Below are positions 11,377 through 23,647 of a stretch of DNA of 64,000 nucleotides, in pieces. The notes under the pieces are model-generated. The model searched no databases. It was not told the DNA's origin and was given only the letters and a program-made list of their open reading frames with translations. This stretch comes from Penicillus capitatus (taxonomy: Eukaryota > Plantae > Chlorophyta), in assembly GCA_965649825.1 (NCBI GenBank), contig OZ287696.1, forward strand, positions 1,646,081 through 1,710,080, in the 5' to 3' direction. Both the position numbers and the translations under genes were made by a program. Positions within the stretch are counted from its first letter, which is position 1, and each line of letters opens with the position of its first letter.

Positions 11377-11647
11377 GCATTGCAAGAGGCTCAGTCGTGT
11401 ATCCCGCCGAATTCGATTTTTTGTATGGGCAGAAAAAAATCATTCTCCCTCCCTGAGAAGAGACAACTGTCGCGTTTTAAGGATTGTTTTGTTCAGAGAA
11501 GTTCCGCGGCGGTTGCGTTTCTGCGCATGGTCAAGAGCATCGACAGAGAACGTTGTCAGACGCAAGAATTCGAAACGTGCACGTACATCATGCATCACGA
11601 CATCGAAGCACATCTCAGGTGAGCATTGAAAATTGAAGCGAGAGCCA

Positions 11648-13033
11648 ATGGAAGTCAAGGCAGTGTCATGCCAAGATCTATGCTCGGATAATGGACATTT
11701 CGATCTCGTTCAACGAGAGAATCTGCGTCAGCAGAGGAGAGAAAAGGACAATGCACATCAGTATAAGGCTGTAAGGACCAAGGAGCCGCATGGCGGAAAA
11801 AACAGAGCGGCACGTGTTATCGGTTTTTCCATAATAGCGACTGATAATGCTTTGCAGATTGAAAGCCGAAAGCACGACAGCGAGGTTCCACGTGAACCTG
11901 GTCATGAACGCGTCGATGTCAGCCCAACGACGAATTTCGTCGGCGATCACATGACGCAAGCGGCTATTGACTTGGTCCACTCGAGACTTGAATCGACGCT
12001 GAGCACAAATTTCCAGAATTCTGTCGTCGAACGACAAGATGTACAATTGAAACCCGTAAGCGTTGAGAGGAGAACTCTCTTAGCTGTGGACGCCACCCAA
12101 CGCATCGATCGCTACGGCTGGTACGATTGTGGCGCCTATGCCAAGCTAGAGATATCGTTGCCCACTCCAATCAAAAAAGCTCAGTGCGAGTTCACAATAA
12201 GGACGCTTCGTGTATCTTTATTGGATATCAAGGGAATAACGCACAGTCTGCGATTAAGCCATCTGGTGGCAGATTTGGCAAAGAACGAGTGCCACTGGTT
12301 CGTTCGGGGATGCAAACTGTTCGTCATTCTTATGAAAATGGACAAAGCAACATGGAGTCGCCTTTGCGAGACATTGCTTACAGGGACACCGTTACCAAAA
12401 AGCGATGCATTCATCGATGACCTAAGGAAGCCGTGTCTACTGCGCACGACCAGAAGCTTCAGCGATGAGGAAAAAGACAACCAGACGACGTTTCAGCCGA
12501 CGGAACCGTTCACCAAGATAACAAGAGATGTCTGTGAAGATGACGTGGTCACCGTTCATAAGCAAACCCAAGATGGAATTGAGTGCGAGCGCAACGGTGA
12601 TTACATTGGAGCTCTGGAAGCCTTTGGGAAAGCGTTGGAAGAATTGTCGCACGTTACCTCGGGCACGCCAACGCGTTGCTTCCCTGCGACCCAAGCGTCT
12701 TCGAAATGCGATGACCAAAAACATCTTGCTCCTCGGCAACTCTTTCGCGTTGCTGCCGATCTGCACCATCGTATGGCCGACTGTTGCATACATACAGGAT
12801 ATCTACGTGAAGCTGTCCAGTTCTGTTCGGCATCGATCCAAGAACTGCGTATCTCGCGCGTCGAGAACGTCGATCTCATAGCGGCAGTACTGCTGATACG
12901 CGCTTCGGCGTTGGAAGCACTCGAAGACTACAAAGCAGCGCAACGCGATTTCAGAGAAGTGCTAAAACATCGAAGAAGTAGAAAAGCCATAGACGGCTTT
13001 CGCCGCATGAACAGATTTCGCTTGCGATCTTGA
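11648..13033 (+). CDS. CS (p23-like) domain + TPR co-chaperone-like protein, intronless
   Basis: RYGWYDCGAYAKLEISLP..LFVILMKMDKATWSRL (CS fold); C-terminal TPR-like helices GDYIGALEAFGKAL and AVLLIRASALEALEDYKAAQRDFREVLK. Confidence 0.75.
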   Translation: MEVKAVSCQDLCSDNGHFDLVQRENLRQQRREKDNAHQYKAVRTKEPHGGKNRAARVIGFSIIATDNALQIESRKHDSEVPREPGHERVDVSPTTNFVGDHMTQAAIDLVHSRLESTLSTNFQNSVVERQDVQLKPVSVERRTLLAVDATQRIDRYGWYDCGAYAKLEISLPTPIKKAQCEFTIRTLRVSLLDIKGITHSLRLSHLVADLAKNECHWFVRGCKLFVILMKMDKATWSRLCETLLTGTPLPKSDAFIDDLRKPCLLRTTRSFSDEEKDNQTTFQPTEPFTKITRDVCEDDVVTVHKQTQDGIECERNGDYIGALEAFGKALEELSHVTSGTPTRCFPATQASSKCDDQKHLAPRQLFRVAADLHHRMADCCIHTGYLREAVQFCSASIQELRISRVENVDLIAAVLLIRASALEALEDYKAAQRDFREVLKHRRSRKAIDGFRRMNRFRLRS

Positions 13034-13063
13034 CATCCGAAGACAAAGGTCTTTTCATTGCTC

Positions 13064-14760
13064 ATGCAGCTTTTGCCGAAAACGCATTTGACAGCCCTTG
13101 CCGGGTTCGTTGCAAGACTCGACGGTCGGCCTTTTCCGCGATGTAAGAGATCTCTCGCGAAATTCCCACGCAAAGACCACGTCGTCGACGCGAACACGGC
13201 AGTAAACACCGCCGCCTCGACGCCCCTGGTATCAGCTCAGTCGACAGCGCCTGCGGTTTTCGATCATACAAGCAACAACTGGCATCCTGTTGCGTTCCCT
13301 GCTTTTGCAGAATGGAATCAAGACGCTTTTCTTATGAGAAAGTGAAAAATCTGCTGTCTGATCATGCCCTGATCGCTGATCTGTTCTAGTTGCGAAGTGG
13401 GGAGGCGATTATCGGTTGCAGTGCTGTTGAGCGGTGGTGTGGACAGTAGTGTCGCGCTGTCGCTGTTAAAAGCAGCAGGACATGACATTCGTGCATTCTA
13501 TCTCAAGATCTGGTTCGAAGAAGACTTTGAGAATTTTTGGAGTGCCTGTCCTTGGGAAGAGGACATCCGTTACGCCACGCATGTGAGAAGATGCGTTCCA
13601 CAGTCATGTCGTATCATTTTGCAGATCAGGTGTGCGAGATCATGAACATTCCTTTGGAAGTTGTGCCATTGACACGCGCCTATTGGGACCGCGTTGCTTC
13701 CAAAACGATCGCCGAGATCAAAGCAGGACGCACACCGAATCCAGACATACTCTGCAACTCGCAGATCAAGTTTGGCGCCTTCATTGAATTCTTGGAACGT
13801 CAGAAGATATCCTTCGATCGCATTGCTTCTGGGCACTATGCTCGAATCGAGCGAACGGCCGATTCAAACAAAGACGATGAAGCGACGGTCGATCTGCAAA
13901 TGAGTGCAGATCGACTGAAGGATCAGACCTACTTCCTTGCTCAACTGAATCAAAGACAGTTGTCGAGATGCATGTTCCCATTGGGTGTGTGGCCGATTCG
14001 GTTCGACAGTGAACGGACTCTGTGTGCTGCAGGAAGTCTGACAAAGAAAGAGGTAAGAGAGCTGGCGCATGTGGCAAAGCTACCGACATGTCGACGAAAA
14101 GACAGTCAAGGCATTTGCTTCTTAGGCAAAGTGCGGTTCAGTGCGTTCGTTCAACGGCATCTCGGTTAACGACGTCTATTCTTTCTGCAAAATCGCAGTC
14201 TTTCCTCTCTCTAGGCAAGTGGGCTGGTCTCATTTTGGAAGAAGGCACAAAGACGCCGCTTGGATTCCACGACGGATATTGGTTCTACACCATCGGTCAG
14301 CGATCTGGTCAGTGCTCCCCGCTCTTTTTGCCGTGGACGGCGAGAAAGGCTGTTGAATTCTTAGGCCTGGGGATGGCCGGAGGTCCGTGGTATGTCTCCA
14401 GAAAAGATATTCGATGGAATGTCGTTTATGTTCGGCAATTCAGAAATGATAGGTCGTCTTCAAAAGAAAAGCGCGACGCGTTTCTTTGTCGGGAAATGAA
14501 CTGGATTAACGGTCCGCCGCGTGGATCCGAGCTCACATGCAAAGTGTGATTCTCGTGGTACGGTTTTCGTAGGATGCATGCCCCGATTTCAGGTGCGGCA
14601 CGGGGAACTCATCTATGGCTGCAGCGTCGAACAGCGACAAGACACTTGGTTGGTACGGTTAGACGGCCAAGACCAGGGGCTTGCATCCGGTCAGTTTGCC
14701 GTCTTCTATCAAAACGGCCATTGTCTAGGAAGCGGTGTCATCGACGCCTCGCTGAACTGA
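13064..14760 (+). CDS. mnmA: Organellar tRNA-specific 2-thiouridylase MnmA
   Basis: VAVLLSGGVDSSVA, GRTPNPDILCNSQIKFG, IASGHYAR, KDQTYFL, KDSQGICFLG, YTIGQR, GLASGQFAVFY. Confidence 0.96.
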
Positions 14761-15474
14761 ATTTGGCGACCAGCGTCAGCATATCGCATCGTTCTACAGT
14801 GACGTTGGTTTTGATGACTCGATTATTGCTTCTGTTTGTGACTGCATTTCCGCGTGCAACGCGTTTCGTGCTTGGGTTCTTTACACGTTGTGGACTGACT
14901 CTTTCGCGAACATCACTACCGACTTCGTGCTTTCTTTTGGATAAAAAGATGCAGAAATCCCGCAGCACAGCGGAGTTACACAAAAAAAGCAGTAGCGCAC
15001 GAGGCCGGGTCGGTAAAGGCCAAAGACGTTACGCTGCGAGAGACAGCGTCCAAGACACGTTGTCGCGTTTTCTGCGAGCTGGAATCGCAAGTTGTTTTTC
15101 AGGTAAACGGTGCAAACCGGCGAGGGGCAAACGCGGAGCCGAGTAGACGACGAATAGGCGTACGCCCACGGCGCAGTTGAGGGGGAGTCGCGTTCTTTTT
15201 AGTCTCGCCGTCAGCGTTCTGTTTAGCGTTTTCCTGACGGTTTCGCTTGTTCATGTACGTACGTACGCGTTTTTTATTTGTCGACGTGTATCTTTCGCTC
15301 TAGAGATCTTTGGCTGCATTCTGGCGCGGGCCAAGGCGTCGACGAACGTTTATCGCTCGGCAGCGCTCTCCTGGACGCGTCGCATTTTTTTCGGTTGGGT
15401 TGATACAGCGGCGCTCTGTGATTCGACGAATCAACAACAAATTGCGATTGCCCTTCACGCGAACCTCTCTTCCT

Positions 15475-16132
15475 ATGCGGAAGTCATGTCGCCCTCACCT
15501 GCTTTGCACGCGCGCCGTCTCGAGTATTGACGGAAGGACTATTTGCATAGAGGGCGAGACGAAGCGAGTAGAAGAAAGGAGGAAAGGAAAGAATCTCAAG
15601 ACCAATCACCCGCGCCAAGCGTTTTTACCAGAGGGAGAGTCGTCAATCGAGAGTACGCCACGTAAAGACGCGGATCGATTTAGCGACGCTGAATGGCTAG
15701 CCATCGAGGGCCTTCTGTCATTGAATCGCTACTTGTCTAAGGCGTCGACGGTAGGAAACTCTCAGGCATTTCGACTCTTTTGCCCGAGCAGTGCGCCTTT
15801 CGCAGCATTCAAGCCGGTCTCGCCATGGCTCGCGAAAGACGTCGCGAGGCGTTCATTCTCTTGGTATTGCGAAATGTTCAGGGAGGATTAGCAAAAAATA
15901 TCGCTCCATGCGATGTATCGTGGCGCAATGCATGCATCAAGTCGCTCCATCGCTGTCTGACGAACATAACGACATACTTGAAGTCGAATCGTCATCAACT
16001 CCTCGCCACGACGTGGAAGTGACGCAGGTAGCCTCTCTAGTTTGAAAGCATCTGGCTCTAACCGTTGCTTTTTTGCAGAGAAATAACAAGATGAAGAGTT
16101 TAAATGTCATTGTATCGTCGCTTAAGCCGTAG
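15475..16132 (+). CDS. Hypothetical protein (tentative spliced model)
   Basis: Open frame MRKSCRPH..WLAIEGLLSLNRYLSKAST with plausible GTAGGA/GTAGCC donors; no recognisable domain. Confidence 0.3.
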
Positions 16133-16405
16133 CCCCGGCGACCGATACCATTAGCTTGATCGATTCATTGTGAAAGCCTACTGCTCTCGATTTCGTTTCT
16201 TTTGTTCTGTTTTGTTTCTGTCAGATACGTATCTCATCAGGAGGTGAGAGGCTCTTCCATGATGTTTGCTGAAAATGGTTGGATTTGTGTATGTCTGTAA
16301 TCATTTCTAGAGAACGCACACGCAATCGACATGTCGCGCGGAATAGCATTCAACGGTTAGAATTGCATTGGCTTAGGCTACGAAAATCGACCATAGATGA
16401 TATCA

Positions 16406-17578
16406 ATGATTGCTGCACTGCGTCGTCTTAGACTGGGCAGTGGACACACGTCACAAATCCGTACCACCTCGAAACGATATTGGCGTTCTGCGATTCGCGT
16501 AATGGACACAAGCGACAGAATGGACATAGACGATCCGTCCAGTTTCACGGTCCTCTCCTACAATGTCTGGTAGTCCCGTGAGCGCATACACACAAACCAG
16601 ACGGCAGTTTATCCATCCGCAGGTTTCGCGAAGATGTAGTTATGGATAGAAGAATGAAGGCCATCGCCGATATTGTGGAGCAGGAAGAGTATCCGGAGTT
16701 CATCTGTTTTCAGGTACATGTCAGAACAACTCGCTCGTCGCATCGATGCGATGCTGCTGCAGGAGGTGACACAAAACATCTTGGCGGAGCTTCAAAGACA
16801 TGTTTTCTGGAATTATTATCACGTCTCCGACATTCCGCAGGCGGCATACTTCGTTCTCATGCTCGTGCGCAAAGATCTCTCTCAAACCGATCCCGAATTT
16901 ACCTTTCAATCCTATGCAAACACCGAAATGGGTCAGGCATTTCTCAGCAGAACGTATGGCGGATTTGAAACCCTCTGCAGGTCGAGGACTGCTACGGGTG
17001 AGACTGGACGTGTGTGGCAAACCTGTCACAATCGGCACTACGCATTTTGAGAGTCCGTGCAATGGCAGGACGTACACAAGACAGCGCGCGGAGCAGTGCT
17101 GGATGGCCACGAATCATCTCGACATCTACGAATTGAAGAACGCCATCTTCTGTGGCGACATGAACTGGATCGAAGCGGACGGTCCCATGCATCTCCCAGC
17201 CGGTGCGCCAACTCGACGGACGCACAATGGATGTGGCGACCGTGCTGTGCAGGTTGGTTGGATGCTTGGATGCATTTGCATCCAGATCGGCCGGGGGCGA
17301 CATTCGATACGTTAAACAACGATTTGATCAAAGGCATGCGTTATCCACCGTCTCGGCTGGATCGGCTGCTTTTCAAGTTAACCGATTTTGATGCTGAATC
17401 TATGTGGATGGTGGGCGTTGAGCCTATCGAGGGCGTCGTCGCCAGGATCCAAACGCGCAGGGGATTTTCTGAGAAAAAGGTCAGCAGCACTGTCGTACGT
17501 TTCGTGCTTGAATGCTCGTTCAGGTGTCACCGAGTGACCATTATGGAATTGTCACGCAGTTTCGAAGAAAACAATAAG
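16406..17578 (+). CDS. TDP2: Tyrosyl-DNA phosphodiesterase 2-like EEP-family nuclease
   Basis: FTVLSYNVW, FICFQEVT, GRGLL, TTHFESP, IFCGDMNW, WLDAW, RLDRLL, PSDHYG: the full EEP catalytic set. Confidence 0.9.
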
Positions 17579-18191
17579 AGAGAAAAGAGAAAACGGCGCA
17601 TCCTTTGTCTCCGTCGCAACTTTGAGCACAAATCAGAATATAACTGCTCTCCGCGCAGATTTCTGAGGAAGAGAGGATTGGGTGGCGATGGCTGAGCACA
17701 GGGCACTCGACAAGATGATGTGACTCGCTGGAGTTCCATAGAGAGAACAGCTTCAAGGAACAGAGGATAGCTGTTGAAGATTGTTTTTTGTAAACAGTCA
17801 TCCGTAAGTACATCATAAACAGTTTTGGCAAAGCGTCGCAAGAGGAACTCAGATCTTTTCACCTGTTCTCTGTCTTTCGACCGCGAGAAACAACTCTCTC
17901 ACTACTTGTTCAATATCGAGCGTCACAGCAGCGTGGGCAGACAACATGGATGGCAGTGAATAAATGGAGCGTCTGTTGAGTTTTCGCGGAAAACTCTCGA
18001 GGTTTATGCATTCATGTTCTGCGAGAAGGGACTGACATCCATGCCATGAATGACAGCTCGGTGTTTGGCGTTGCATCGAATCTTTCACCCTTTGATCCAT
18101 GCAGCAACGCTCGTTTCGTCATCTTTGTTCTGGAAGACGTCGTTTCTAAGTCCTTAACGGCAATCGAGGATCACGCCGTCCGTCAACGCGA

Positions 18192-21100
18192 ATGGAATCT
18201 TCGGAAGAGAGCGTCAAGAAAGATATCGACATTGCCGGCTACGAGCCTCAGCCCTATGAAATCTTGGAGCGAGATTTCCAGGAGGTCGCGTTTCTGCGAG
18301 TCGCTCAATTCGCATTTCGCGATTAGGTTCTGGAGGTGTTGGTCGGCGATCGCAGTCTAGAGAAGTTCCGCGTCGAATACGAGAAAATCTATCGCGTCCT
18401 GCGAAAATCACACGGTCTGTCGATCACGACCTTGTTAAGCAAGCGCAGCACATGGACCTCTTCGTCTAGACAACGAGAAACGCATCCTCAAGAAATGCAG
18501 AGAACTGAACGCCGAGATCGTTGCCAATGCCGCAAAAGTACAGACAGCTCTGAAACTGAGCGAAGAAGATCAGAGCACCATCGCATCTCTGAAGAAAGAA
18601 CTGGAAAAAGCATGGAAACTCGTCGATTCTAGTCACGAGAAGGTGTTCTTGTTTCGCGTAAGTGACCCATCGACAGCTGCTGGTTTCTTCAGGAGACGAG
18701 AGCGAAGGAGAGAATCGCGCAGCTGAAACTGGAAGTGGAGAATCTGACGCGCGTCGTCGAAGAAGGGACTGGGTTCAATTTGGAAGAGGAATCGGCAATC
18801 GAGGAACTCGTTCGGCGACGCGACGAACTGACGAAAGAACGCGATGGCCAGACGAATCAGATCATACAGCTGAGAAACCAGGTAGTTTCGGAAACGCGTT
18901 TTGCGTCCTCGAACACGGCTATCTGTTCTGTCAGACGATGGAGATGCAGGAAACGCTGAAAAAAGCAGAAGCCGAACGCGACAGTTTTCATGATGAGATG
19001 GTGTCTCTGCGTAAAGAGATTGCTCAGAAGACAACGGAATCGGAACGCGAAGCGCGGAAGAAAGACCGACTTGAGAAAGAGATGAAGGAGGTGAAACAGA
19101 CGCTGGAGACACGGCAATTCGAGATCAAGCAGAAACAGGCAGAGGTCATCTCCGCGATCACCTTATGAGCCTCGATGGATGGCGTGATGATGCAGATCGT
19201 CCAGTGCGAAGACACCGTGGCTCGGCTTGAACAGATCCTTCACGACTCGCGTCAATCGACGGACAAGATCCAGAAGGAGTACAATCACCTGAATGAGAAA
19301 GTGTTGAAGCTGCACCACGACTTAGAGGAGCAGATCCACACGAACACACAACTGCTGGCCGAGAACTCGCAGAAGCAGGTGGAACTCAAGACGAAAGACG
19401 AAGGAATTGCAGTACTTAAGGTTCCCTCCATATCATTGCATTCGCCTGCCAACGGTCGTCGGAAGTAGGCAGAATCCGGGAAGATCGTGAAAGCGAAGGA
19501 GGCTGTCGAGAAGAAGCTGAAAGGACTTGAAACGGAAAAGCAGGAGGTGGAAGAGCAACGCGACCAACTGAAGTGAGCACACTGTCGTCTCTTGATACAG
19601 ACGGACACAGCATCTGTTGGATAAAGAGCCGAAATCACGACGGCAGAAAAGGAGATCGAGCGTCTCGAAAAGCAAGTGGAGACAGAAAAGAAGAAACAGG
19701 AAGAGATGATTCGAGAGCGGGATATCCTGAACAAAATGAAGATGCAGGTATGTTTGCGTCCTCCCGCTGCGTATGCGCTCTGATCTGTGCTGACGGAATG
19801 GTAGGCAGAAAGATCGACGCAACAGCAACTCGACGTGATAAAGATCAATCAGAACACAAGCAGAACGCTGGAACATGAGATTCAAGGTTACAAGACGGAG
19901 AATCAAAAGCTGACGACAAAGATTTTGCACCTCGAACACGAGCGTCAAAAATACAGTGGCGCAGCAAGAGAGGCTGAACGGAAGTACAATGATGTCGGAT
20001 TGTTGTTTAGCCGCCATTGCAGGGCGAGCCCTTTTCTATACTCAGGTTCTCGAGGAGTTGAAGATCCGAGACGTCGGGATCCTGGATCTGCAAAAAAGAA
20101 TAGCGGAGGAGGAGGCGAAGCTCAAACAGCAGCAAAACATGTATGAAGCCATTCGTGCCGATCGCAACATGTACTCGAAGAATCTGACAAGCGCGCAAGA
20201 CGGCATCCAAGAACTGAAGCGAAAGTTAAAAATCCTGACGCACCAGATAGAGCAGCTGAAAGAAGAGATCAGTGCCAAAGATCTGGCATTGCTCAAGGAG
20301 CACTTCGATCATATGAAAGTCCAGAAAGAGAAGGACACGTTGCGATCCGAGGTGAATAAGCTTAAAGGAAGTATTGAAGAGGCAGAAACGGCGTACACCA
20401 ATCAGAAATCTGAAGTCGAGAAACTGTCAGGCATCATTCACGAAGCCGACCAGGTGGATGCGTTTTGCACGCGCTGGCGGCTGGCAACGCTCTGTGTGTA
20501 CAGGAACGCGCGCGTCAGCGGAAAGAGTACGAGACGGTTTCAAACGAGCGCGATATTTTGGGCACGCAGCTCGTTAGACGTAATGATGAGCTGGCTCTGC
20601 TGTACGAGAAACTCAAGCTTCAACAGACGACACTGTCGAGAGGACAAGTGCAATACGCCAACCGCATCAGCGAGATCCGTATGCTCAGAATCAAGCTCGG
20701 CGACATGCAACGCGAGCATCATATGCTCAAGATCAGCATCGCAAACATCGATGTTCTCAAGAAAGAGGTCAGATCGATGCATCCCGATACGAGGGCACAG
20801 ATCGAAAGCATGGATGGGTGTCGGTAGGTGCATCACCTGAGTCACGAGCTGCTAGAGGAGCGGACAAAAGTCAAGGCGCTGGGGGAAGAACTCGAACACC
20901 CTTTGAACGTGCATCGATGGCGTAAACTCGAAGGAAGTGATCCCACGACCTATGAACTGATCCGGAAAGTGCAGACGCTTCAGAAGCGTCTCATCTCCAA
21001 AACAGAAGAGGTCGTCGAAAAGGACTTGGCGATTCAAGAGAAAGAAAAGCTGTACTGTGAGCTGAAACAGATCCTGGCTCGACAGCCGGGACCGGAGGCT

Positions 21101-21450
21101 ATTGAGCAGTTAGGCATCTACAAGGCACGACGTCTATCGTATCATACCATCTAACGCTGTGATACGTGCGTGTGGCGCAGATGACGCTGAGAGAGAAGAC
21201 GAAGCAACTGAAAGCGATGGCTGCCGAGTTAAATATGTATCGAGCGCAGATGAGTGAGTATAAGTATGAGATGAGTCGCCTGACGAAAGATCTCAACGCC
21301 ACCAAAGCAAAGTACTTTGACAAAAAGCGCAAGGAACAGATGGCGCAACGAAAGAACGCCGAACTGGACAGTCAATTAAAATTCGAGCATTATATTCAGC
21401 CGAAGATTGCTGGCGGCGGCTTCTCGATGACCAAAGATCTCACTCTTTGA
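18192..21450 (+). CDS. CFAP58: Cilia- and flagella-associated protein 58 (FAP58/FAP189, CCDC147)
   Basis: ILERDFQEVL..GDRSLEKFRVEYEKI..KCRELNAEIVANAAKVQTALKLS, YEAIRADRNMYSKNL, ERDILGTQLVRRNDELALLYEKLK, PLNVHRWRKLEGSDP, PKIAGGGFS; ~11 exons. Confidence 0.95.
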
Positions 21451-21460
21451 TCATCCGTTC

Positions 21461-22021
21461 TCACACTTTCGTCTCACTCTCTGCATCCCGGTCGCCATTA
21501 CTGGTCCCTGTCACATCATCAGATGTCATCGTTTCCGCACGCTGGAGCGAGACAAGCATCAAAGCGAGCGTCATCTGTAAGGACACATGCCTGTTTGAAC
21601 TGCGTTTTTTGAGACTTTGTGAGATTTGGCCACAAGGCGCGCGAGATGAAACGGTCGGATGGTTTCATTCTTTCCATGGCTCTGGTATCGCAATGGGATT
21701 GGTTTTTGCGCCCTCCAGCAACTCTCTCCTCATATCGTCTCAACCGTTTCTTTTCTAGTTCGATCGATTTTCTGTCACTGAACGCGTAACCCTTCGCCCC
21801 GGCGCGCAATCGAACCAGAGAGAACAGAGATCGCGCCATCAGGAGATGCCACTCGGCTTCATCCACCTCTCCCTTTACATCTCGACCCGTTAGCACCTGA
21901 CGAAACTCCTTGGCGAGTTCCTACGAAGAAGCGCGTCGTGTCGAACAGAGGAGACACAGTCGTCCGGTTTATCTACGCGCAGTCGCTTTGCTTGATTTTC
22001 GGCGACTTTCAATTCTGCCAT
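21461..22021 (-). CDS. Small hypothetical protein, HMG-helix-like C-terminal segment
   Basis: Model MAELKVAENQAKRLR|ELAKEFRQ..ALWPNLTKSQKTQFKQ|RAETMTSDD..KV* using GTAGAT..TAG and GCATGT..CAG introns. Confidence 0.4.
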
Positions 22022-22049
22022 TGGCGTCGTACAGCTCGTCAGTTGTAGA

Positions 22050-23621
22050 ATGCAGTTGTTCTGCATCGCGCTGCTCTTTGTAGTGGTTTCTCTCTTCTCG
22101 GATATCGTTACTGCCTCGGATATATCGCTTCGAGGCGTCGATCCGGAATTCGCGTCGCACTATGCGGGCGATATCTTCACATGTCTCGACGGTGCATTGA
22201 CGGTGCAGCGCAGTGCCGTGAATGACGACTATTGTGATTGCTTCGACGGTTCTGACGAACCCGGGACAGCAGCGTGCTCCAATGGAACATTCTATTGCCA
22301 CAATCGAGGATTCCGCCCACAGAATTTGCCTTCTTTCTTTGTCAATGATGCCGTTTGCGATTGCTGTGATGGATCGGATGAGGAAGACGGAGAGTGTACG
22401 AACACCTGTCTCGATTTGGGCGAGGAGCTTAGACAACAGCTGAAGGAGAAACAGGATGTCTATGCATCAGCATTGAAAGAGAAACTATCGAGATTGGGCA
22501 ACACAGAATCGATATCAGAGGGATGGAAACAAGAGCTGAAAAGCTGTATAGACGAGATCGATCGACAGAAAGAACGATGCGATGCATTGCAACAAGATCT
22601 ACACGTTCTGCAGAAAGAAGAGAAAGAACAAAGGCAATCAGAAGAGGAGGCAAAACGCGATGCAGCAACAAATGCATCTGACAATGAGACACCACAACAG
22701 GAGTCAGGCGATTCGGAGAAGACAGTTCAAGATGATCCGGAGGGATCGGAGAAAAAGGACGAGAGCGATGAAGGGAAGCCGATCGTCACAGAAGATACCA
22801 TTTCTGTTGATGCAGAGGATAACGACGACGCAGAGGCTGAAGCAGAAGGAGAGTATACCACAGAAGACGACTCAGAGCAACTGCCGAATGACGACGACGA
22901 TGGAGAGGAAGACGACGAGGGGGAAGAGCATGAAGAAGAGGAGGAGGACATCTCCACAGTAGAGGAGGAACATGACAACACGACAGAGGAGAAGGACAAA
23001 GAAGAGGAAGAAACCTCTCTTCTAAAACGCATGCAAAAACGTGTGACCTCACTCTTTTCTAAGAGGAAGGGAAAGAAACGTCATCTTCAGAAGACGCCTA
23101 GCCATCGCGAGGGAAAATCTCGAAAAGAGGAATCCAGTTTGACAAAGCTTCGCCGCGAGCACAGCAACGAGAAAAGAGAATTGCGAAATCTAGAAACGAA
23201 GAGAGATGCCCTTCGATCGAAGATTGATCGAGACTACGGGCCACAGTCTAAATTCATCTCGCTGGCTGACAAGTGCTTTGAGCTCAAACAGGACAAGTAC
23301 ACCTACGAGATCTGTCCCTTCGATAAGGCAAGTCAGAAGGAGCGCCACAACACAGTCAATCTCGGCAAGTATGAGGGCTTTGGGGATCTCTATGAATGGA
23401 TGGAGTTTCATCATGGTCAGTCGTGTTCTCATGGCAAATCGCGTTCGCTCCGTGTCCATTTCCACTGTGGACAGGAGGATGGTATCGATTTTGTATCGGA
23501 GCCAAACATCTGTGAATACCTTGCCAATTTCTCGACCCCCATCGCATGCTCGGAAGCAGAGTTTGAACTTCTTAAGAAAGAGGCAGATCATTTGGGAATG
23601 TCTATGAAGGATGAACTGTAA
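22050..23621 (+). CDS. Glucosidase II beta subunit (PRKCSH-like), intronless
   Basis: Signal peptide, VNDDYCDCFDGSDEPGTAAC, acidic region, MRH domain (YTYEICPF..EPNICEY), C-terminal ER-retention KDEL. Confidence 0.96.
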   Translation: MQLFCIALLFVVVSLFSDIVTASDISLRGVDPEFASHYAGDIFTCLDGALTVQRSAVNDDYCDCFDGSDEPGTAACSNGTFYCHNRGFRPQNLPSFFVNDAVCDCCDGSDEEDGECTNTCLDLGEELRQQLKEKQDVYASALKEKLSRLGNTESISEGWKQELKSCIDEIDRQKERCDALQQDLHVLQKEEKEQRQSEEEAKRDAATNASDNETPQQESGDSEKTVQDDPEGSEKKDESDEGKPIVTEDTISVDAEDNDDAEAEAEGEYTTEDDSEQLPNDDDDGEEDDEGEEHEEEEEDISTVEEEHDNTTEEKDKEEEETSLLKRMQKRVTSLFSKRKGKKRHLQKTPSHREGKSRKEESSLTKLRREHSNEKRELRNLETKRDALRSKIDRDYGPQSKFISLADKCFELKQDKYTYEICPFDKASQKERHNTVNLGKYEGFGDLYEWMEFHHGQSCSHGKSRSLRVHFHCGQEDGIDFVSEPNICEYLANFSTPIACSEAEFELLKKEADHLGMSMKDEL

Positions 23622-23647
23622 TAACGCTCTGCGATGTTGTTCGCATC

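Noticed and set aside
17527-18110. Possible small minus-strand gene between TDP2 and CFAP58
   Set aside because: The exon chain could not be resolved and there is no homology; left unannotated.
22429-23052. Long antisense ORFs over acidic or coiled-coil CDSs (also in CFAP58, CUL4 and the OPR-like gene)
   Set aside because: These are shadow ORFs arising from codon bias of the sense gene.
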